From the NCBI RefSeq assembly GCF_000315625.1, contig NW_005434672.1:1-64000 (forward strand): a DNA stretch of 64,000 nucleotides, read 5' to 3'. The notes under the pieces are model-generated. The model saw only the letters and a list, made by a program, of their open reading frames with translations. It was not told the origin of the DNA and did not search any database. The position numbers and the translations under genes were made by a program. The DNA is from Guillardia theta CCMP2712. Its lineage: Eukaryota > Protista > Cryptophyta. This document shows, piece after piece, positions 1-11,630 of this stretch. Numbering within the stretch: the first letter of the stretch is position 1; the number at the start of each line of letters is the position of its first letter.

Positions 1-98
1 CGCTGCCTGAAATAACCGGCGCTGCCTGAATAACCGGCGCTGCCTGAAATAACCGGCGCTGCCTGAAATAACCGGCGCTGCCTGAAATAACCGGCGCT
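1..98. repeat. Tandem 19-bp repeat CGCTGCCTGAAATAACCGG (5 copies, one of 18 bp), distal to the telomeric tract
   Basis: Directly visible; runs to the window start; degenerate single copy at 2602-2624. Confidence 0.97.
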
Positions 99-192
99 CC
101 TAAACCCTAAACCCTAAACCCTAAACCCTAAACCCTAAACCCTAAACCCTAAACCCTAAACCCTAAACCCTAAACCCTAAACCCTAAACCCT
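99..192. repeat. Telomeric repeat tract (CCCTAAA)n, ~13 copies
   Basis: Perfect TTTAGGG-type repeats with the C-rich strand on +, as expected at a left chromosome end. Confidence 0.95.
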
Positions 193-320
193 CCTCAGCC
201 TCAGTCAGAAGAGTTGCCTCTCCTCACCTTGGCCTTCGGTCGCCACCTACTCGTCCTCCATTCAGCTTCCTCAGCTTCAGTCAGGAGAGTTGCCTCTCCT
301 CACCTTGGCCTTCGGTCGCC
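193..320. repeat. 52-bp direct repeat with 76-bp period (193-244 and 269-320)
   Basis: cctcagcYtcagtcagRagagttgcctctcctcaccttggccttcggtcgcc occurs twice. Confidence 0.9.
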
Positions 321-351
321 TCCTACCTTCTCTCCTTACCTTGGGCTCAGC

Positions 352-2593
352 TCAAGCTCGGTACGGGCTCGCCCCGTCTTCTTCCTCGCCCTCGCCTTGC
401 TCTTCCTCCATGTCTTCCTCTTCTTCGTCATCTTCCCTCATCTCCACTCGCAGTCGGTCCTTCTTGTCCAGCTTCAGCGAGCAGGCCAGCACATGCATCT
501 CTGCGAATTTACTCAGTGCTATGAACAGGAGGCTAAGAGATCGACGCTCTATGTCGTCGCTCTCCGCCTCCTGCTCAAGCTCAGCAGCTGCCGTTGCCCG
601 TGGCGAGAACGCGCTGCCCCTCCTTGCCTTCTTGCTCTCTCCTTGCACGCGAGTCCAGCGCTTGCTCTGCAGCCACTTCCCCAGCTTCTCCTTGAGAACG
701 TTGCGCCCAACTCCCTGCTCCTCTGGCATCTTCGCCCACTCTCCCAGCGACATGAACTCCAGGCTCCCCGGAGAGTAGAACGTGTCGTGGAGGTTGCCAA
801 CGGCCTTGTCCAGGACCAGCTTGATCGGCTCGCTCGTCCCCGCCTCGTTCAAAGAAGTTGCATCTTCGATGACTGCTGACAGCTCGCTGACGAGCTGCAT
901 GTCCTCTTGGCTTGACGGAGATGCTGCCTCCATTGTGATCCTCTCCAGGTCTGTAAACTCCAGCCACTCTCCCTCGCTCTCCTCCTGTCGCTGCGCTGCG
1001 TCGCTGGTGCCCCGCTGACCAGCCGCCTCAGAGTCAGGCTCCTTGTCGAAGCCGACTGCTTCGAGCTTGGTTGCTGCGCCTTCGAGATAGAAGGGCAGCT
1101 CCTTCATCATGCGTCGAGCATCCTCCGTGGAGCCGAGGAGGATGCATAGCTTGGACCCGTTCCAGGACTTGGTGTTCAAATCCTCCTCCATGTCGATGCC
1201 TTCAACGTTGATCTCGAGCCTGTTAGCGATCTCCAACAAGACTCTCTTGACTCTTGCGATGGACGTGTTGCCGCCGTTGCACAGCCCCTCCATCTTCTTC
1301 CTCGTGAAGCGACCAGATGCCGCCGTCGACTTGATGATGATCTTGATCTCCTTGCCGTCCTTGCCGCCTGCCTTCTTCTGCATCCTTGATGCCTTCTTCA
1401 ACTTATTTCTGGACACAAAGCGATCGGCTGTCAACGGCGCGACTGCGAGCGCCTCTCTGATCTTCGGGTCCTCGCTGAACAGAGTCAGGTGTACTCCCTC
1501 CATCGCTTCGCTCTCTCGGAAAGCTCGAAATGCTGTATCATTCGCCTCTGGGCAGCTCGAGGAGACGATCCACTCCACCTCCCTCTGTCTCCAGATGACG
1601 TTGGCCCCTACAGCGATGAAGCCTTTCTGACCTAAGCCTTTGTGGACTTGCTGTCCTGGCGCCGCCCAGCGACCAGCATGCCTGCCAGCGGCTGGAGTTG
1701 GACCGCTGCAAGGGACTGGCGCAGCAGCTGATAGCGATAGACGGCAGCTATCTCAGCCGTTGTCATGCCGCCCAAGGTTAGCAGGTGGGTCAGCTCTGCC
1801 AAGCTGCCCCCTTTGCCCCAGGGTCCTCTCTTGGCTCGAATCTTGAAAGATCGATCGTGCACGATGCTCACATGTACAGCTGTGAACTTGCGACCATCGA
1901 TCGCGAAGTCCTCTCTTCCCTGCCAGAGCTTCTCCGCTTGTGCATTGCGGAGGAAGGAAACAGTCACCGGGGATCTCCTCAGCACTCGCTATCTCGGGTC
2001 TATACGGAGCCTTCCACATGATTGCTTTACTCTCTTGCACTGAGTCTACGATCTGAGTCCGATCTCTTCGAATTTCTTCTTCAGCTTTTCTTGATGGTTG
2101 ACATACACCGAGGAGATGCCCAGGAGAGTCATGGAGATGAAGGAAGTCACCTCGTTGCCTGCTGAGGCGGTGTATGTCTCGACCTTCTCCTTCTTGGCTT
2201 CTTCAATCTGCTGCATAAACCACTCTCTGGATGCGTCACTCCATCCAGTCATCGCTTCTTGCAGAAGCTCACGTCGTGCCTGCTGACATGTCGAGCGCCG
2301 ATCATGGCTTCTGCGATAGCGTCGGGGGTGCATCCCTCCACAGCCTTGCAAGCCTGGGCTGTCCTGCTGTTCGGATAACGCTTCGCGAAGCTCTTCACCC
2401 TCTCGACGAGATCAGCTTCGAGGACAGAGGCATCCACAAGTCCGCTCTGCGTGTATTGGCATGATCTCCGATACAGCAGGTTGCGAACATTTTCATCATA
2501 CTGAAGAACCATACTTAGAAAGCTATTTGAAGTATACAAACCTCTCGCTTGCAGCTTCCTTGGCGCCCTGGCGGCTTCCCCTACACCTGGCAA
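352..2593 (-). pseudogene. Intronless, frameshifted long ORF (~750 codons) of a telomere-associated element; product unknown
   Basis: Protein-like segments in ORFs 2249-2593, 2046-2351, 1753-2040, 1632-1985 and 352-1578 (this frame is open up to 1752) join through small frameshifts; no introns; bounded by telomeric tracts. Confidence 0.6.
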
Positions 2594-2601
2594 GGAGCCA
2601 T

Positions 2602-2656
2602 GCTGCCGAAAATAACGGCGCCTGCCTAAACCCTAAACCCTAAACCCTAAACCCTA
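2602..2656. repeat. Degenerate 19-mer followed by an internal (CCCTAAA)4 tract; shorter telomere-like tracts at 2763-2780, 2875-2885 and 3340-3360
   Basis: gctgccgaaaataacggcgcctg-cctaaaccctaaaccctaaaccctaaaccct. Confidence 0.9.
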
Positions 2657-2969
2657 CAGCTCCCGTGAATTTTTGATGCCTCCGCGTTCGTGCTCTCCTC
2701 CCTTGTCTTGCGTGCTGTATCTTATTGACATTGATCGACCCTTCCAGTTTCGTGATATGTCACCTAAACCCTAAACCCTAGAGCCACCCATGGAGCACAA
2801 GAAGGGAATCGGAAAACAAGCCTGGCATCAAGGAGGCAGGCGCGGCTCAAGGTCATGGGCCGCATGAAGGGAAAACCCTAAACCGTTCCTAACGCCTCAG
2901 TTCAACCGGCGTGCCACGGTGCCACGGTGCCTACGGTGCCACGTGCCGCATTGACACTAAAGCCACTAA

Positions 2970-3341
2970 GGGCCGTTTCCCGCCGGCTCCCAGATTCCAG
3001 ATTTTTGACTTTATTCAAAATGATTTGAAATTTACCCCGAAATATTCACCGGTGCTTTCAATACATACTGACACGGGGTGGGGTCCACTGCCTGTTCATA
3101 TTTGATGCTCCCAGCGTACCCTGCCTACCTTCTAACAATTTTTCTCGATTGAGCTAATAGTATATTTCCATATAGTGCCTGCCCATTCGAAAAGCAAAAT
3201 CTGGGAAAGTCAACCGCATCGTTTCATTCTCAAATTAAAATGACTTATAGTTGAGTTCTCCAAAACATTTGGAGGAGAAAAAAAGAAATTGACTTATATT
3301 TGTATGAAAAAATCTGGAATCTGGAATCTGGGAAACGGGCC
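2970..3341. mobile_element. Tourist-like (PIF/Harbinger) MITE, 372 bp
   Basis: Left end GGGCCGTTTCCC..CAGATTCCAGATTTTT matches the reverse complement of right end AAAAATCTGGAATCTGGAATCTGGGAAACGGGCC; TAA on both sides (2967-2969, 3342-3344); AT-rich non-coding interior. Confidence 0.85.
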
Positions 3342-3507
3342 TAAACCCTCAAACTAAACCTGGTTTAGGTTTCCTGTTTGGGGTTCGTGATGGGTATGTC
3401 GTGATATTCCTGTGGCATACTGCCGCATATGTATGCCGAAGTAGATGGGAACTTTGATCTTTTCCATGCAACTATCGCTCGCTCATAAGTGATAAGGGTT
3501 TATTGAT

Positions 3508-5256
3508 ATGCGATTCTCAGTAATGCTTTCATTCCTTGCATGGCTACACATACTTGTTGGCAGCTCTACAGAGCCTGCTCATTTCAAGCCGTCACATTGC
3601 ACTGCATGCTTGAGGCTGTGGGGAGGGGGGCCAAAAGAAGACGTGAATAAGAAAGATTCTGCTGCGAAGAAGGAAGGCATGTCTGATGCCCAACGACGAA
3701 TCATGGACATCGAGGTCGAGATGGCAAGGACACAGAAGAACAAAGGTGACAGCCTATCCTCCTTTGTTCAGTTGACTGAATTGCTCCACAGCAACTATGA
3801 GTCACCTGTGTGCATTGAAGGCAAGATTAGCAGCTTTGAAGCGTCAAGTTATAGAGCAGCAAAATAAGAAATCAGGAGGGCCAGGAGAAGGCTTCGAAGT
3901 TCGTGCTACAGGAGACGCTCGAGTGGGATTCATCGGGTTCCCATCAGTGGGGAAATCAACTTTACTCACAGCTCTGACGGGTGTTTACTCTGAAGCTGCG
4001 GACTATGAGTTTACCACCCTCACATGCGTTCCCGGAGTGATGACGCATGATGGTGCTCGCATCCAAATCCTTGATCTGCCAGGTCCATTGCTTGCTCCTT
4101 GCGAGCTTGATATGAACTGAATGAAAATACATCCAGGAATTATTGAAGGCGCGAAGGATGGAAAAGGACGAGGACGTCAGGTCATTGGGTGTGCTCGAAC
4201 ATGCGATTTGATCCTGCTTGTGTTGGACGCCACGAAGCCTGTAACGCACAAGATCTTAATCGAGAAAGAGCTCCATGGGTTCGGGATCAGGTTGAATCAG
4301 AAACCACCAGAAATTTATTTCAAGAAAAGAGATCGCGGAGGATTGAACTTTCAGGTTTGGCAGAAAGTTATCAGTGCGATGTAGTACAAGTGATGACTGC
4401 AAAGGCTCTTGTGAAGCAATCTGTGCTGAACAAAGATCTTGTTGCGACCATTCTTCGCGAGTATAAGATTACTCATGCTGAGGCGAGACAATAGCACACT
4501 GTTTTACTATCCTGTTTTGACAGTGTGATAGATCATACTTCGTCAAGATTGTACAGAAGATCAGCTTATAGATGTTATCGAGGGAAACCGTGTTTATATC
4601 CCTTGCCTTCATGTTTTCAACAAGATCGACAAAGTTTTCGTTGTCTTATGCACTTCGATCACTCTGAAATCATCGTCCAGGTCAGTCGTCAGGAAATGGA
4701 GATATTTGCTTCGAAGCTTCCACATTTTCTCCCTATTTCTGGAGCTCTCGGATGGAATATCGGTAAGGATAAATCTATGATGGAGTGGATAGAGGCTTGA
4801 CATCTCAATCGTCTCATACTTATCTCACATTCAGATGTCTTAAAAAACAAGATATGGGAATACATGCACTTGACTCGCATTTATACGAAACCTAAGGGAG
4901 ACATGCCGGACTTCACACAGCCAGTGATTCTAAGAAACTATAAGTGGGTCACTTTGATTGACTCGGTTTCGTGTTTCCCTTGAATGAGCTGATGTCATTC
5001 TTAGGACTTCAGTGAAAGACTTTTGTCGACGAATCCACAAACGCCTCATGTAAGTACAATCAATCCCTTTTGAAAGTCTTTGACGGATTGCAGGGATGAA
5101 TTCAAACACGCTCTTGTATGGGGTTCAAGTGCTAAGCATTTTCCCCAGATAGTAGGAAGGTAATTTCCTTGAATTTGAAAGCTGGGAAAATGACCAGAGC
5201 ACAGTGGGCATATGCTGGAAGATGAAGATGTCATACAAGTTGTTAAAAGAATTTAA
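3508..5256 (+). CDS. DRG: Developmentally regulated GTP-binding protein (DRG/RBG, OBG family), multi-exon, with N-terminal signal peptide and leader
   Basis: [19 protein letters not shown] (G1), YEFTTLT (G2), DLPG (G3), NKID (G4), TGS tail [14 protein letters not shown]; ~46-55 bp introns (e.g. 3746-3791). Confidence 0.95.
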
Positions 5257-5289
5257 TTTCACAAGTTTGATCTGGAATACCAACATGCT

Positions 5290-7937
5290 TTAACCATTCG
5301 CAATCTGGCCATACGTACCATCATTGAAGCTGTTTGCTGGATATGCTGGGACAGGATTGATGTAACTTTGCTCTGGTGTTTGAAAGATATCTACATGCAC
5401 ATTAGATGAATGCCGATGATGTTCTTCGTGATGCGGCAGAGAGCGATTGGTCCAGTCTTCAACCAATCTGTAGAAAATATTACAAGGTGAAAGTTCATAG
5501 AAGATAGTTACTGATGAATGTTGCTTTGTAAGATTGCTGATTCCTGCAACTCCTCTCAACAACTTGTTTCATGATCTTTCTACTTACTGGAGTGGTTTGA
5601 GATTTTGCAGTTGCAACTGCTCGTAAAAGAAGAACTTTGAGGTCGATTCCCTCTCGCTTTGCCTTTCTTCTCGCTCGAAGCCCATTGCGTTGCCACAAAT
5701 AAAAACCCAAGGAAATGCGTCCTGTACGCGAACCCTCGACCTCATGTCTTCCTGGACGAAGACGGCAAATGCCCTGCAGAGCATAGTGAGAACAAAGAAC
5801 ACAATGAAAAAGAATTGCTTCTGCCTGCAAACCAAAGAAAATGTCGATGAAATCTTTGTCGTTGTCGACCGAAAAATCATACGTTCGTTTTGTTGTGACG
5901 AGGGAAAAACATCTTGAAATATCTAGTTCTGTACCTCGAGAGAATGCTGCACGAGCTTTCTGATACTTTCGAAAATTTCTAGATTTTGCGCCATAAGTGA
6001 TTTGCTGCACAGAGTCCAACAGAAGCTTTGGGCTTGACCCTCGTTTCAAAGATATCTGAAAACAAATCAGTGAGTACAGCAATGACAAACTCCTTCAGAC
6101 TTGTGGAGAAGCTGCAAGTAGCGAGCCTGAGCTCCATTCAATCCCGAGCTGCAAGTTTCCATAAGGGTCTGATCCTTCGTTAGTCAGTCTGAAGATGTTA
6201 TGTTTGCATCCTTTGCCACTCAAGGAATATTTGACAACCTTCAAGCGATTCTTAGGTCGTTGACATTCACAGCAACCTCAAACCTACCGGAATTCCCAAC
6301 CACAATCTTGAGATAGCATCTTTCCTGCTATACTTCCTCTGTTCTCTGCGGATTCTGGCTTGTTCGCGTCTTTCATAGCAAACATTATGCACGGGTTAAG
6401 CTATGCCTATCAGTACCGCAAAACATTTTCAAATATCTTCATAGAATAAGTGTGTTCAGTTTTATTCTCTTCAGAGGTTTCTTGGATCAAATTCATCTTG
6501 AAGAAATTCAGTTTACACGATGCAAAATCTGATTTTTCACCTCAAATTTCATTTTCTCATGCTCATTCATCATGGCACTCATTGCTTGATTGAGTTTTTC
6601 ATTTTTCTAACAGAATTGTGTCAAGAACTTGCTTTTCCAACACACAAGACTATCGACCCTGTGGAGCTGTTCATTCTCAAGCAAGATAATTTGAACTTGA
6701 TGATTCTGCAGCTGTCAGAGAATATAAAATTCAAAGTTGACGCTTACATGCTGCTCACTGTGAGAGTCTGACATCATTTGAAAGGACTTTGATAGTATCT
6801 GTGCAGCGAGGCATTTTACGAAATTTGAACCTACATGTTGCAATCACCTCATTCTCAAGTTCTCCTAACAAACAAGTACGGTTATGGAGTGTGCTTTTGA
6901 TGTGATTAAGCTGAAATCATTTCCAAATATCAATACCGCGAGGCAAACATGTAGGAGAAACCTCTGATGTTAACTCGTGATTCTGCTTTCTGATCATCTG
7001 AACATCGGCGTCGGTAGACGCGACAAGCTCTGACAGAGCATCAAGCTGCTCAGCATGCCTGGGACTCTGAATGAGAAGCTCCTGGCTTGGAGACTGTTCA
7101 CCTTTGTGCTTGCCGTTCGCATTCCTGCAGATTCTGTTCGTCCCTTTGCTGCGATACAGATCAGAAGTCTTCATGTCACGTTGGAGTAAACAACACCTTC
7201 ATATACATTCTTAGCTTTTGGAGTTCATGATGGAGTTCATCAATCTCATCTCTGCTCTTTGCTAGCTGCCTCTCTCTCTCAAAGAGAGATGACTGAAGAA
7301 CAACTACTTCTGCTGCAGCTGTTCTCGCTTTTGACAGGTTGCGTTCCGATTGTAAGATTGTTGTCTCTGCCTTTTGAGCTCTCTCCTCTGCATCAGAAAG
7401 TTTCTTCTTAGTGATTGAAAGGGCTCTAGATAGTGTCTCAATCTCTGCTTCCCAATCTCGATGAGAAGCTCCGTCTGTCGCGGGAAATCTGCATAAAGAG
7501 ATCAATCGGGCCGGAGGAATGTCAACACTTCTTCTCATTCCTGCTCATACTACTGTTCCCAATCCTGGCTGGTTCTACACGTAGTGCAACAAGTTCAACG
7601 TTGACTCTACCTGTCGACTAGACGTGTGGCAACTTGAGGCTTGGGTGTCAGGAGAAGGCTTCCACTGTTAGCAGACGCCCCATGAAACGTCTCGTCAAGA
7701 CCTATTTCATTGACTTGAGGAACTTGAACAGCAGCATCAATCCCCTGATGATGCTCTTGACGCTTCTCGGCCTTGGATATCTTCTTTTCGAGCATTCGGA
7801 TATGCCTGATGTATCATCCAGTGAGTGCAAGAGACAAGATGAGGAAGCAAGCAGCAGCGCATGACCTGTCTTTTTCTCTCAGAGTTGCGTGAAGCTCCTC
7901 GATCTCCTGCTTCAGTCTTCTTACAGACATCGTCATG
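5290..7937 (-). CDS. Multi-exon coiled-coil protein with C-terminal PH-like domain (PLC/Mcp5-type); 5' end unresolved and may extend past 8900
   Basis: Heptad-rich exons (7176-7490, 7865-7937); LDSVQQITYG...CFSLVTTKRTYDF..FFGLQ PH signature at ~5830-6030. Confidence 0.6.
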
Positions 7938-8723
7938 TCTGTCTCCAGCTGAGGGTCCAACTGAGGTTCTAGCTAAGGGTCCAGCTGAGGGTCCAGCTGA
8001 GGGTCCAGCTGAGGATCTCAGAGTCGTCAGACGCTTCTCGTCGCCTTCGTTGGACGTTGACGCACATGCAGGCGTGCCTGTCGCATTTCAAAAATTGGAC
8101 CAGAGACATCAAGAATGACAAGCGGTTGATTTTTTTTAGAGACTTTGTTGTGGACATGGCGAAAGCAACAAGCAAAAAAAAAGAGAAGCTTTGCGGCAGA
8201 CAGTGATGATATGATGGAATTCAAGATTCAGAAAAGTTTCGGAAACAAAAATAAAAGAGGCGCCGAATATGAAAAGTCAAGGTCACGAGGGCAGAACTCA
8301 ATGTCGTTCAAGAGAGTGATCTCTCCCTTTCTCATCTGCTTTGAATCAGTGAACTGTGTCTGCACAAGGTCTTGATAGAGCTGTCTCGTTGATAGAATGA
8401 GTGCGGTGGGGGGGGCGGTAATTAGAACATTAGTAACAGGCTGCATGAATAGTGTATCCGTTGTTGTCTTTTGTTTGCTGGACTCTGAGATCCTTCGTGA
8501 ATTCAATGATCCATGTTTAGGAAATCTTCTGCCAACATCTCATCTTTGCTTTGATGTTAAAAGCAATTTGTTATGTTTTAGAGAGAATCGGAGGGATGGA
8601 AGCACGAAGTTTTCAAGATTGAGAGAAGAAAACGAAACGATATTCAGAGGTCAAGAGGAGAAACGAATGATATTTACAGCGCTTGTTGTGTTTGCAACAA
8701 AATTAAAATAAACCTGCCTGCGC

Positions 8724-8867
<144 letters not shown>

Positions 8868-9611
8868 GCTTATTAGAATGCTAGATAGGATTTCAAGGCT
8901 TGTTATCACCTTCCTGCGCTCTAAAGAAAATAATTTGCCATGTCTTGACCAACACGCGACCGCTTCCTTTCATGACTGCAGACCGAATCATAAATGCGTA
9001 AAATTTGTGTCCACCAAAGAACATCTATAACTCCAGAGCAGGAGAGTATGCAAAAAAACATATCAGTCTATGATAAGGTGAAAGCAATGAAGTGATGGAA
9101 AATGCTTTGGGGAGAGGCACAGAGATGGCGAAGTAGAAATTTAAGCAATGAATGAAAATGCACAATTGAATAAGTACTGAGATGTGATGCACACGAATGC
9201 CCCTTGTTTGTTCAGCAGAATGCTTTCATACAGTTTCTACGCACCCTGCTCCATTCAGCGTTTTGAACGGCAGCCTCTTTACTTCGCGATAGAAGTAGTT
9301 AAAATTTCATACAACATTCAAACCAGGAAGACAACATTCTTAGGTCACTGATCAAAATCTTTGAGAAGCCGTGCGATTCCTCTGAATCTTCTGGTGTTCG
9401 CGTGTTCAATCAAAGGCAAGGAGACTGTCCTGCTTTCACTCGAAATGTTGTTTGCCACAGCTTTGAGAACTTGCTGGTCGGGATCAGCAGACTGACATTG
9501 AATTTTTTATTCCAATAGGTAAGCCCTCCTTTCTTGAGAGTCAAATCGTTGAAATCGCATTCCCTCCGCCCTGTCCTTCACATCTTGAGAGTAGTCATTC
9601 TTGGCTTGTCC

Positions 9612-10310
9612 TCAATGTAGCATCAAAGATTGAGTTGTTTGACTATCTTGTGCCTCTGCTTGATTTTCATCTTTACAATCTTTGCAACGATACTTCCTTT
9701 TTTTATGTTTGCAAATGCCCGATCCACCGCAATCTTTGCAACGATATCTCACCTTGTTATGTTCACATATTCCTGCACCACCGCAATCTCTGCATTGGGA
9801 TTTTTGCTTGTTGTGGAGACATATACTAGATCCTCTGCAATCCTTACAGTGTGACCTACGTCGCATGTGTTGGCATATGGCTGATCCTTTGCAGTCTTTG
9901 CACTGAGACTTCACTCTGTTATGGTCACAGATAGCAGATCCCTTGCACTCTTTGCAACGAGTTCGCTGTCGATTGTGTAAACATATCCCGGAGCCTTTGC
10001 ATTCCTTGCATTGCGCCCTGATTTTGTTGTGTTCACATATGCTTGATCCTTTGCAATCTTTGCACTGTGATTTGATACGGTCATGTGCACATATGCTCGA
10101 ACCCTTGCAAGCTCTACATCTGGATCTTTGCCTGTGATGTTCACACATTCTGATTTTGTTTCGTCCCCTTTTCATTTCCTTCATGAGATTTTTCTCTTGA
10201 TTGTTCGCTTCGTTGGTTTCATGTTTATCACTGTGGTCTTCATTCTCACCCATCTTGCATTGCAGTTCATCTTGTACATTCATGGTATCAATTCCTGTGT
10301 GCCGAAGCAT
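9612..10310 (-). CDS. Single-exon Cys/His 18-aa repeat protein (putative Zn-binding array)
   Basis: About 9 tandem CxHx6CxxCxGSxI units in a 232-aa ORF. Confidence 0.88.
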   Translation of the reverse strand: MLRHTGIDTMNVQDELQCKMGENEDHSDKHETNEANNQEKNLMKEMKRGRNKIRMCEHHRQRSRCRACKGSSICAHDRIKSQCKDCKGSSICEHNKIRAQCKECKGSGICLHNRQRTRCKECKGSAICDHNRVKSQCKDCKGSAICQHMRRRSHCKDCRGSSICLHNKQKSQCRDCGGAGICEHNKVRYRCKDCGGSGICKHKKRKYRCKDCKDENQAEAQDSQTTQSLMLH

Positions 10311-10874
10311 ATGTCACGTGAAACACCGCAAGCAGATGCTACAACTCCTGATTGCACATCGCCGGACAGGCAAGGTGAGGGTGACCCCTTCTATTCCACC
10401 TACTACCCCTCCCTCACATAGTCAAGAACCCCTCCCTCAACCTAAAACATATCAGGCTACGCAGCGACCAGCCATGACCAGCGCCATGGTCCAGGCTCCT
10501 TCCTCCTCATCCTCTCGCTGCAAGAGGTGCCAGCTATCTTTCTTCCATGCGACCACAGATCCTGCTTGTGGCTAAGGCTGACTAGGACGACTACCAAAGC
10601 TTCAATATATTTGACTCCCCCCAAAGGTCCATTACGAAATCTTTGTAGTTCAGGAGACATGAACTTGGAAAGTCAAGGCGATAGGACAAAGACGCCAAAC
10701 GTACACTTGTATCAAAATGATGGCATTGTCTCACCACATGAAAGGTGGAAAGAATTCACACCGTTGCAAATCATCCGGGGAAAGGGGGGGGGGGGGGGGG
10801 GGGGGACTGGAGTCAATCAATACTGATGATACAAACGACAAACTTTCAAAAGTTTTCAGATTTCACTGATATCT

Positions 10875-11565
10875 GGCACACTGGTCTACACATAGACCGT
10901 ACCGGTTTTAGGTACCGGGCCGTACCGTACGGACTGCATGGACCGTGACATAGACATAGACATGGACATACTGCGGACATAGATGTAGACCGTACCGGGT
11001 GCCCACCGACGGTCCGTGACAAACGGGGCCGGTGACCCGGTGAGAACTTCGGAATGTACGCAGCGCCGGCGGCACGCACACGCCCGGCCGCACGGTGACG
11101 GCAGTGAGTGGCACGCACGCGGCACGCACCGTACGGTACTACCGGTACTAGCCACCGTGACTCTGTGACACGCACCGTCAGACTCAGAAATGACAGTGTC
11201 GTTGTACTACCCGGTCACCATACCGTGAGAGAGTCGACTCGATGATAGCTTCGGACAGACAGCCTCGGGTACTACCATAGCACTGCATAACAGTGAGTCA
11301 AACCAGACTTTCTGGCCGCGCCATTCGGGCCGGAGTAAAAGGCGAAATTACTAAGTTAGTACCGTACCGTGACGCCGTGAGGTTCCAAACTGAAAGTTCC
11401 GGCCATGAGTAGCGGCCAGAGTCCAAGCGGCACTGAAGATGGCCACTGAGGGCCGTGCCCCGGCCCGGCCCCCGGCCCGCCGCCGCCGCGCCGCCGCCGG
11501 GGCCCGGCGTCCCGGCCCGCTACCTATAGTAGAAACGTGACTCTGCCGCTGATGGACCGTGCGGT
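10875..11565. repeat. GC-rich intergenic island of short palindromic words (island 1)
   Basis: Dense CCGG, GGCC, GTAC, GTSAC, GASTC, CASTG, CTSAG; no credible ORF. Confidence 0.75.
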
Positions 11566-11573
11566 TTTAAAAC

Positions 11574-11630
11574 TTGACCATTTGACCATTTCACCATTTG
11601 ACCATTTGACCTTTGACCTTGAATTTGACC
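11574..11630. repeat. Short tandem repeat (TTTGACCA)n, ~7 degenerate copies
   Basis: Directly visible. Confidence 0.85.

Noticed and set aside
1-98. 19-bp repeats as a CRISPR array
   Set aside because: Head-to-tail repeats with no spacers; eukaryotic context; no cas genes
214-1630. Plus-strand ORFs 214-879, 290-778 and 1109-1630
   Set aside because: Ser/Leu-rich antisense shadows of the Glu/Lys-rich minus-strand ORF
10314-10321. TCACGTGA E-box next to the Cys-repeat gene start
   Set aside because: Single 8-mer only 3 bp from the ATG; could be chance
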